From: Camelus ferus | Lineage: Eukaryota | Direction: 5' to 3' | NCBI RefSeq assembly: GCF_009834535.1 | Contig: NC_045697.1 | Coordinates: 32,738,001 to 32,802,000 of the forward strand | DNA: 64,000 bases | Shown: one piece after another, positions 25,950 to 35,890 of the stretch | Layout of the letters: every line of letters starts with the position of its first letter | Position numbering within the stretch: position 1 is the first letter of the stretch | Translations under genes and position numbers: made by a program | Notes under the pieces: generated by a model | Told to the model about the DNA's origin: nothing | Databases searched by the model: none | What the model saw: only the letters and a program-made list of their open reading frames with translations

Positions 25950-28900
25950 TACAGAAGCAGTTGCACCTTCTCCAGTGAATTACTTCCAACGTTAAATGAT
26001 CTCTCACCTAGGCTTCTCGTTTCCTACTTTTCCCTAGAGTCAAATGGCTATACCTGCAGAACCAAAGAATGATACTCTGAAAATATGCGCTAACCTGCAG
26101 CCTCTGAAGAAGTTTTCATAAATAAATTATGTTCCTAGGAAATAGTGATGTTACAATGCAAGCAAATTTCATAGACTGACTTGCTTATAAAAAAAAAATT
26201 TAGAAGGCTCACAAGGTCAGTTGTGCCAGGTGTTTGGAACATTTTTGAACTTAATATAAGGAACGCCTCTATAAAATGGTGAAAACGTGTACGCCAGTGC
26301 CCAGTGCTGAGAAACAGTATCGTCTAGGCATAGACATTCTGAGAGGTTAGCATTTCACATAAATTTTATACTCCCTAGGCATGTAGATTTTTATATGACT
26401 TGTCAGCATCTGAGACAATTTCAAAAAGTGCAGTGATGCCACCCCTGTTAAATAGGCCTTGCTTAAATTCTATTTCTTCCTCAGTTGATATGCTCTGAAT
26501 ATTTTGGCACATTTGGTACCAGTATTCCTTTCTAACGCTGTTTTCCTAGTAGCCCAATTCTGAGCTGGATGTGAACTCTATCTACTAACATAGTTTCATC
26601 CTTTTATTTGAACAAGGTAAGCTACATCTATAGACAGTTAATTGCCCAGTTGTAATTTATTTCCTTAATTTTTCTCCTTCGCAGTCTCATTCTACTGCTA
26701 TTCCTTCTATATTTTTCTACTTTCAGAAACATCCCCAAGCATTTAATCTTGTATCACAGTGGCAGCTGCTGCCTCTGCCTGTAGAATCCCTAATGTATTT
26801 GAGTCCTAGCCCTGTGATGGTTTTGTCCTTTCCTCTACATTTAATTCAGGTGTGTAAGGACATCCACAGATTTAATCTGAAGGAACTGTTAATGGTTTCT
26901 TGTGATATTCAGGAACCCAAGGAGGAGCAATGTGTCCTGCTTTGTGCCATTCTTCAAAATCTACTCTTTCTCCAACTTTTGAATTTAGCATCATTTAGAC
27001 ATGTGGCAGCAGATATGTTCATGTCTTCAAGCTTTTTATGTCTCACCTGTGGATGTAGTCACAGTATCCCTTCTCCCTACCTGGTCTAGTCCCGTTCGTT
27101 TTAACTTCTCAAACGTACCTAGTTACATAGAAAGATGTTTTTACTTCTTAACACAGTCTTTTTCACATTTCTACTGTATCACATATTTGCAAGTTTAAAG
27201 TGCATCAGTTCCTTTTCTTTCCTAAAATCATTCTCCAAACGTCATCTTTTTCAGCCCTCACCAGTAAATATTGATGAATATAATAATTTCTTCATCTGTC
27301 CAAATCATCCATTGTTAAGACAGATTCTTTCAGTCATCACCTCTCTGGTAGAGCAATTTCACTCTCTCATCATAACAAAATGTTCTCTCAGATTTTTTGT
27401 TCCTTGCTCCCTTTTGTGTGTGGCATCTTCTCTATGATTTCCTTTAGAAACCCAACAACATAAATTTATAGGTTTGATTCCATAGCATCTTTAAAATACT
27501 GCATTAGCCTATTTTTAAAATAATGCTTGTATTCAGATTATTCTAGACTTTTATTCCCATTTATGTCTACACAGTATGGTTTTCCAACTGTCCAAGGGTT
27601 GTTTCCCCAAATTGTTAAGGTGTCTGTTAAGAAAGTACCTCTAAATATTATTGTTGAGATATATTCCCATTGATTCATTAAGATTTGTCCTTTCTCCCTT
27701 TTGTTAGTCTCTTTTGGTGTCCGGTTGTCTTTATTTATCAGTTAAAAAATGATTTCTGTCTTCACGGGACCCATCAACAAGAGCAGTAAAGGACATTTCC
27801 TTTTTCCTTTCACACTTGCCTAAGCTGGTCCTTGAGAGGTTTACCATTTCCCTGGGGATTTTTCCCCTCCTCCAATGTAATTGTTGGCTTAATTTCCATT
27901 TCTCTTTTTCACTGTTGTTCCCATTTTTAATTCAACAAATTTTTTTTTCTTTTATAAGTATTCGTCTTTGAATCTTAGAACTAATTTGATTCTCAGAAAT
28001 AACAGTCATTCAGACTCATCTTTTCAGTAACCTCCTGAGTTTGCATTTCTAATAAAACTCTAGGGATTTACTTCTTCAATTCATGAAAATGGCATGCTTT
28101 TTAAGAAGTAGTCTTATGTCTCCCACTGTCTTTATGTATTCGTTGATAAAATTAATCACATTCTGTGACTGAAACGTCAAAGGCTTGGGAAGTGTGTATT
28201 ATAAATCTGTGGACCCAAGACAAGTTTTATTACCACTGCTCTATCTTTAGTTTTAAATGCAGCTGCTAACAGGGAGAAGAAACACAGGTTGTTCAGGCAA
28301 TGCTTATTAATGACTAATAGAATCATTAGGCTTAATTTCCATTTCCCCTTTTCACCGTTGTTCCCATTTTGAATTAAAAAAAAAATCTTGAAAAGATTTC
28401 CACTTGGCAGCATCCTTCTTATCTCATACAAATTAGAGGAAATTACTTATTCCTCAAAATACTTTGTAACTATCTGCTGAAAAAAAATGTGCAATAGATA
28501 TCCAAGATTGCCAAGATCACTATGACATAAAGAGCACCAGCCTAGCATTGCATTGTGTACATCCAATACTAAGGTTCTTAACCACATTGACTTTATCTGA
28601 TATCATGGTTTAAATACCAGGCTTTAGTCCTGAATGAGGTTAAATTTAAGGAGAAAAAAATTATACTTCTAAGAAAGATGTCTAAAAATCCCCAAATCAC
28701 TCACTGTAAACATCAGGTGATACTTACCAGTGATTATGCACATGGGATTTGCAAATCCCTAGAAAAAGCAAATTACTCACCTACTAAAAGATTGTGAGAG
28801 AACATTTCTTGCCCTTCACGACACTCCTGCACATTCATTTGACGTATTGTGTTAGTTTATCTTGACACTTAGTAGAGGTACCTTTTCTTACCAAGCAAAC

Positions 28901-30370
28901 TCTGTAGCCATATTCCCAAGGACACCAGCCACTGTTGCTCTTAATATTTATACTGCCAGTATGGGACCAATAACCACATAGTTGGCACATAATAAATTAT
29001 CACCATTGCCTTACTCAAAGACTTGGGGTTCTGATTGCTATTTTGTCTCTCAAATGCTAGAGGTCCAGATATCTTGGGTAGTGGTCTATATTTTGGAAGC
29101 TAAGGACTACCCGCTGAAAAGCCTTTCATTCCAAGTTCTAATCATTTGAGAACATTTTTTAAAAGATGCCAACTAATACCACAAAAAATGACAGTATGAA
29201 ACTCTATAGTCTTCTAAAGTTTCATCTTCCCACTGAAACAACCATTTAGCTGGAAAGAGCAATTGGAATCAACTATTTGGGAACCATGGAATCTGACTTG
29301 GCAGTTGTAACAATCAGAGGAGTGCTTTATGAAGGTAGAGGCTGTTGTTCTCTGGTAAGAGAGTGGTGAGAGTACTGTAACCCATTCCTCCAATAGGAGC
29401 TTGCATCCCTGGAGCAGGTGGCCAGTCCTAAGATGGGCGGTGAGGACCTGGTCCTCCAAAAATTTGGGATTGTACATTTTAGTTGGTCTGGAAAATGACA
29501 AGCATTGAAGATGCAAAGAAAAGGAACCCTCACGCATTACTGGTAGAGCCACTGTGGAAAATAGTTTGGCCATTTCTCAAAAACTTAAACATATACAGTT
29601 CCCCTCCTAGTTAGTTATATACCCAAAATAATTTTTAAAAGGACTCAAACAGATACTTGTACACAAATATTCATAACAGCATTTTCAAAATAGCCAAAAG
29701 GTGGAAACAACCCAAATGTCTAACAAAAAATGATGTATTGGAAAAAATGTGGTATATCCATACAATGGGATACTATTCAGCCATATGTAGGAATGAACTT
29801 CGGATCCATGTTATAATATGGATGAACCCTAAAAGCATGTTAAGTGAAATAAGCCAGGAGAAATATGATTCTACTTACATTGGGTATGTAGAACAGGCAA
29901 ATTCATAGAGACAGAAAGTAAAACAGAGGTTACTAGAGGCTGGGATGGGGGATATCATGAGTTATTGCTTAATGAATATAGAATTTCTCTTTGGGATGAT
30001 GAAAAATTTCTGGAAACACATAATAGTGATGGTTACACAACATTGTAAATGTACTTAATGCTGTAGAATTGTATACCTGAAAATGGTTAACATGGAAAAA
30101 ATTATGTATATTTTACTGCAAAAAAGGTATATAGTGGAAAGTGTCTCTCCACCTGTGAACACTCCACACCACAATCGGGGAACCACTCATCAGTTTCTTC
30201 TACAGTCTTCCAAAGTTTCTTCCCACTTTTATTTAAGCAATAATTTAAATATTCTCATATTTTAATGTTAGAAAAGTAATAAATGGTGCCAATTTCAGCC
30301 ACAAAAAAAGAGGAGAAAAGAAAATTCTGAGCTCTACAACCAGTTACACTAATTAAGCTGTGTTAGATAA
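25950..30370 (-). mobile_element. Putative internal region of an ancient Ty3/Gypsy-like LTR retrotransposon (decayed gag/pro/pol), interrupted by L1MB
   Basis: Purine-rich minus strand directly downstream of an LTR88-like LTR. Manual translation gives FQWEDETLEDYR (29201-29240), CQLCGYWSH (28961-28987), FTALVDGS (27767-27790), YSS/LLVRAEKDDVWRMIL (27221-27280) and KVGERV...GHIAPPWVPEY (26905-26979). Many stops and frameshifts; left boundary uncertain. Confidence 0.55.
29490..30125 (+). mobile_element. L1MB3-like 3' end, 5'-truncated
   Basis: ORF 29657-29908 'IAKRWKQPKC...MWYIHTMGYYSAI'; 3'UTR 'tttgggatgatgaaaaa.ttctggaaa...gtgatggttacacaacattgt.aatgtacttaatgc'. Confidence 0.92.
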
Positions 30371-31189
30371 TACATCAGTCTTGGTTGAATCAAGACATAG
30401 AAACTACACAGTGAGTGAAATAGAGAACACTTGATGTAAAGAAACTCTATTTGGTACCTTACAGCAGAGGGAGAATACCCATGGAAGGAAAAACTTCAAA
30501 GAGGACTCCTGAAGGCTGGGGTCCAGATTTTTTTTAGGAGAAAGTGTAGTTCCACCTACTGGATATCAGAAATATTCATTGATTTGCCTAAGCCAGAACT
30601 ATCTGAAGTCACTGGGCAAGAAATAAGCAACTCTCCAGAGAGTGGAAGACGTACAGTTCATCCATAACTGATGGTGCAGTTAGCAAGAAGGGGTGGTGGC
30701 TTGGGGGGAAGCTTCTGGACTTTGGGAAAGCAGTTCAGGGATGTACAGAAGGAATCAGGGTGCCAGTGTGGGTAGAGGGTCTTTGGGACACTGATTTCTG
30801 TGTCAAGAGGACCACAAGAAGGTGCTCACTAGGCCTCACTGGACTGCAATCTCACCAATAGAGAGAGCATGCTTGCTGGCCATAGGTCTGGGCAGAATTC
30901 CATCTGATTCTTTACCCTCATCACTGATTCAATAAGAAATACCTGGGAACCTAAGGGGTTGCCTTTCTTTTGCAATGTCCCTCTACTACTCTCTATTGAG
31001 AAAGCTTAATATGTATTATGCTCACTGTAAAGAAGGAGAGGTGCATAAAGGAGCACTATATTTTATAGAGAAGCATATATATGCATATATACACACATAT
31101 ATACATATATATATAATATACATACATATACATTATATATTATATATATGCACTTGGAGCTGAGAGGTAATAAATTGATAACCGAGGTA
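30371..31189 (-). mobile_element. LTR88-like (Gypsy-classified) LTR, interrupted by a TA/CA microsatellite
   Basis: 'tacatcagtcttggttgaatcaagacatagaaactacacag' at one end; 'gcaatgtccctctactactctctattgagaaagcttaa...tgctcactgtaaag' and 'ttggagctgagaggtaataaattgataac' at the other; these match recalled LTR85/LTR88 consensus motifs. Confidence 0.72.
31074..31150. repeat. (TA)n/(TACA)n low-complexity microsatellite
   Basis: Direct reading. Confidence 0.95.
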
Positions 31190-31977
31190 ATATGATAAAT
31201 CTTCGTACGCTACCCAGTTTCAACTGAAACTCTAGGATTGGATAGTGTGGTTTCAAAAATAGGGAAATAAGGTAATGATTCCTTTTGGCAGCAGATTTAA
31301 ATGAGTGGCAAGTGTTGGGACTGGCTTAACCATGTTGGTACAATGATGCCAAGCAAGGAAAAGAAGTCCTAACAGATGTTAGGCTTTCTCCTAACATCAC
31401 CTAGCTGATTGGTTAGCCTCCCCTCCTTTCAAGAGAAAAAATAAGGAACACCCTTGGAAAACAGACCTGAATTGATCTATTTTCTTCTGCTCCATAAAAA
31501 TGTTGAAACAGAGTAATGCTTTCCCTCAGCTGACTTCAACAATCTTTGAAGGTCACTAGAATAATGATATTCACATGACAAACTTTTTCATCCTCAACTT
31601 GAGTATAATTTTACAAACTCAGGGCTGTTTCATAAGGTTTAGAGTCATTCAAATTACAGGAAATAGCATGTATTCATATGAACAATAATCTTGAATAGTA
31701 TACTATACGAAAACACCAGCTCACTCTTTTTTTTATGCTTTTGTAGGAGATCAGATTCTTAATTATGATTCTATGTGAAACAGAGGCTACACTTTGTGAT
31801 TTTTAATTGTTCCCTAGCTTATAATGAGGATCTCATTCATCAGGAGTCTCCTCTATGTACTTGACATGGAGCTAGAAGCAGCAATTTATGAGCTGGGCAA
31901 AGAAAGTATGACATTGGAAGATAATGTGTGCCATTAACCTAGATTTTAAGAGATAAAATGATATGAGCAATTTGGTC

Positions 31978-32690
31978 TTTTAAAAACTTTATTGAGATGC
32001 AATTTATATAATATAAGCATAAAATTAAGTATCTTTAGTAAATTTATAAAGATTTGTCAACAAAGCATCATCTAGTCTTAGAACATTTTCATCACCCTGA
32101 AGTGTTCCCTTGTGTCTATTTTCAGTCAGTCTCCACGCCTATCCTCAGCTCCAGGCAACTACTATGCTCCTTCTGTCTCTATAGGCTTGCCTGTCTAGGA
32201 AATACCACATAAATGTAGTAAGTCTTTTGTGTCTGGTTTATTTCATTCAGCATAAGATTTTTGGGGTTTATCCATGTTAGACCATATATCTATAGTTTAT
32301 TCCTTTTTATTGCTGAAATTTATTCCTTTGCATAAATATGCAACACTTTAATCCATTCACAGTTGATAGCCATTTGAAATATTTCCTGATTTTTTTCAAT
32401 TATGAGTTATCCTGCTATGAATAGTCACATACAAGGTTTTGTGTGGATATGTATTTGGTGCTCTTGGATAGATATTTAGGAGTGGAATTGTAGACTCATA
32501 TTATGAGTTTCCATATAATATTTTAAAGAATTGCTAAACAGTTCTCAAAGTGGTTAAAACTTTTACATTCCCCCCCAACAATATTTAAGGATTCCAATTT
32601 TTCCACAGTCTCCTCTAATCTGCTGCTGTCAGTGCTTTTAAACATAGCAATTCTAGTTTTTATGTAGCAATATTTCAGTATGTGTTTGTG
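31978..32690 (-). mobile_element. L1MB7/8-like 3' end
   Basis: 'actttattgagat', 'agaacattttcatcaccc', 'ccaggcaactact...tctgtctctatag'; ORF 32523-32762 resembles L1 ORF2. Confidence 0.85.
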
Positions 32691-32714
32691 TTGGGGTCGG
32701 GGGTTAAACATAGG

Positions 32715-34082
32715 TTCATCAAGATGTAATTCACATAACATAAAATTTATATTTACAAACATATTTTAATCTATGAATAGAGTTGTGCAACCATCACCAC
32801 CACCAAAGTTTGGAATGTTTTTATCACCCCCCAAAAATCTCTCTACCCATTCACAGTCCCCTCCTTCCACTCAGACACACCTGGAAACTACTAATCTGCT
32901 TTCTGTGTCTGTGGATTACCTATTCTGAGCATTCAGTATAAATGGAATCATGTATCTTATGTGATTGGCTTCTATCACTTTGCAAAATGTTTTCAAGATT
33001 TATCTATGATGAAGCCTTTATTCATTTTTATTGCTGAGTAAAATGTCATTATATGTCAAAATTGTTTTATCCATTTATCAGATGATGGATATTTGAAGTG
33101 TTTCTAACTTTGGCTACTATGAATAATGCTGCCATGGACATTAATATACAAGTTTTCATGTGGACATATGCCTTCATTTCTCTTGGGTATATACCTAGCT
33201 GTGAAGTTGCTGGGTTATATGCCACTCTATATTTATCCTTTTGAGGAATTGCCATACCGTTTTCCAAAGTGAATGCATCATTATACAATCCTATTAACAA
33301 TTTGGGAGGTTCTAAATTCTCTGCATTTTCACCAGCACTTGCTATTGTCTGTCTTGTTGATTTTAGCAATTCTAGCATGTGTAAAGTGGTGTTTCATTGT
33401 GATTTTCATTTGCATTTCTTGATAGTTAAAAATGTTGAACATTTTGGCAAGTAATTATTGGACACATCTTCTTTGGGGAATTGTTTCAAATCATTTTTCC
33501 ATTTTTAATTAGGTTGTCTTTTTATTATAGACTTGTAAGGAGTTCTTTTTATTTTCTGTATACAGTTCCTTATTAGATAAATTATATAAAAGTTTTCTCT
33601 TATTGTGTGTGCTTTCACTTTCTTGAGTGTGCCCTTTGAAGCATAAAAACTTTGATGATTTCCAATTTACCTATTTCTGTTGGTTGCTTGTCCTTATGGT
33701 ATTGTATCTAGGAAGGCTTTGCCTAACTCAGTGCCATAAAGATTACTCCTATGATTTCTTCTAATGCTTTTATTGTTTTCATCCTTACATGTATGTCTCT
33801 GATCCATTTTAAGATAATTAATATTTATTCTGTGGGAGAGGATTCCAAGTTAATTTTTTCATTTATTTTTGTTGCAGTTATCAGTTACCCAGTTTTTGCA
33901 GCACCATTTGTTGAAAAGACTATTTTACTACACTAAGTTGTCTTAATAATCTTTGTTAAAACTCAATTGACCATAAATATGGGGATTTATTTCTGGATTT
34001 TCAGTTGTATTCCACAGATGTACAGCCAGCAACACATGGTTTTAACTGCTATAGCTTTTACAGTATAGTTTGAAATTAGGAG
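32715..34082 (-). mobile_element. Second L1MB-type 3' end with ORF2 C-terminus
   Basis: 'gagttgtgcaaccatcaccac', 'actaatctgctttctgtgtctgtgga'; ORF 33067-33378 'YNPATSQLGIYPREMKAYVHMKTC'. Confidence 0.88.
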
Positions 34083-34089
34083 GTAATTT

Positions 34090-34748
34090 TGTAACACTAG
34101 TTTTTCATTATAGCATTTTCTGCTGTGTGGTGAATAAATATTTTGTAGTGTAACATTATAATTTGCTTGTTGTTTAGCTATTTTGTTGTTTTTTAATGGT
34201 TTTTCTGGTGATTACAGTTAATGTATTAATTTAAAACAATATAGTTTGATAACAGCAACTTAATTTTGATAGTGCAAAAAGAAGGTGCCGCAGTGTAGTT
34301 TTGTTCTCTCTCCTCCTTTTGGCTGTCATTTTCATACAAATTGCATTTTGATAAATTGTAATCTCATCAATGCATTTTTATAATAATTGTTTTATACCGT
34401 TGACTTTTAAATCAAATAGAAGAAATTATTTATGAATAAATGTACATTTGTACTTTGTTTTGTATTTGTCTATGTGGTTACATAGGTACTGTTAATTTCT
34501 TCATGTGGATTCACATGTGTCTTTTATTTCAGCCTGGACAGTTTCTGTAGAATTTCTTATAAAGCAGCCCAAGGCAAGAACACCACTGTTCTTGAAAGTT
34601 TGAGAGTTTTCTATGAATAAACTCTTCTAAATTTGTTGTCTCTGGTTCATTTCCAGAGCTCTGAGATGGCTGGTTTTGGCAATTTTGTCCAGCATTTCAG
34701 TTGTTTGGGAGATAAGATATGTAAATCTATTCATGCCACTGTAGCCAC
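34090..34748 (-). mobile_element. Old L1M inter-ORF and 5' region fragment
   Basis: 'ttcttcatgtggattc...tttatttcagcctg...tagaatttcttataaagcag' and 'atttccagagctctga...ttttggcaattttgtccag'. Confidence 0.6.
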
Positions 34749-35259
34749 CATATGTTGATCTTAACCAGAATTATTAATTATAATATAAAGAAAATGAATA
34801 GAAGTTATGCATTATATCTCTGGCTTGTAACTTTAAACTGTTTTATTGTTGTTGAGTTTCTAGGTGACAAATGATACAGAGAATAGGAGCTTTTGTAAAA
34901 TTTCATTTGCATTTCATTCACAATGTAGCTTTACTAAAGATAATATAAAGAGCACTTCACACATGAATGTAGAATGTTGGCCTGTATCACCATGAGAAGT
35001 AAATTACTTGCTTTTGGAAAAAGAAGAAATATATGTATTATGTATGCATACATATAATACATATGTGTGTATGTGTCTATATATATGAAATTCACACTTT
35101 ATACAAAATGAAAGAATAAAGATGCAAGTTCAAATTTGGACATTTCTCGGGTATAATAGTCATTATCATGAGAAGCAAAATCCAAGTAATAATATTCATA
35201 AATTAGTTATTCCTATTATGTAGTATATAGAGGCCTTGTTTTGATCTTTGTTTGTTATC

Positions 35260-35496
35260 TTAAACATAACCTTCTAGCATAAATTCCTCCCTAAGCCTAG
35301 GCTGTTTTAGGTGCCACTCTTCTGTGGCACAGTTCTCTGAATTTATTTCTGTCTTTATCACACTGCAGTTTTTAGTGTTCAATTTTAGGCTGTAAATTCT
35401 TTGCAGGACTATGCCTTATGAAACTGATTTCCTCATGCCTGGCAAAGTACTTGGCACATATTAAATAATCAATAAAATTTAGATGAATCACTGAAT
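35260..35496 (+). mobile_element. L2 3' end
   Basis: 'taggctgtaaattctttgcaggac...cctggcaaagtacttggcacatatt...tcaataaa...tgaatcactgaat'. Confidence 0.75.
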
Positions 35497-35774
35497 TGCC
35501 TAGACTCAGCATTTTTCTAGATTGTGTTTTATTGAATGTCGAAGTGACAGAATACTCCAAGGAGAAAAACAAAAGGGCCACATAGTATATAATATGTTTG
35601 GGATAATCGTAAAATACACGAATAATAAAAGTGCTTAGAAAATTTGAAGTGACACACTTTATCTAAACCTTAGCACAATGTTTCAAAAGGATTCCAGAGC
35701 CCATTTTATTCTTAGAGACCCAGTAATTTTTGAATAACTATGGTTTGATGGGAAATGCTAGCCTAGAAAATCAT

Positions 35775-35890
35775 TGGGTCAGACTTAGGATATTCATTAA
35801 GGTTCTACTTATTTGTCCTTTAAGTTTGAACAAGTCTGTGTTTTTTCTAAGATTCTGTGTTCTCATCTGTAAAGTGAAGCTGCTAATAAT
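35775..35890 (+). mobile_element. MIR fragment
   Basis: 'ttgaacaagtc...ttctcatctgtaaagtg'. Confidence 0.55.

Noticed and set aside
26793..27437. + strand ORFs of 65-100 aa
   Set aside because: F/S/L-rich antisense shadows of the purine-rich minus strand.
27886..28385. CRISPR-like or regularly spaced repeat array
   Set aside because: Only two copies, in a eukaryotic context, with no cas genes.
25950..28400. Non-retroviral endogenous viral element or processed pseudogene
   Set aside because: No recognisable borna-, parvo- or filovirus motif or cellular protein, and no poly(A)/TSD pair. An LTR-retroelement origin explains it better, although only a translated search can exclude this.
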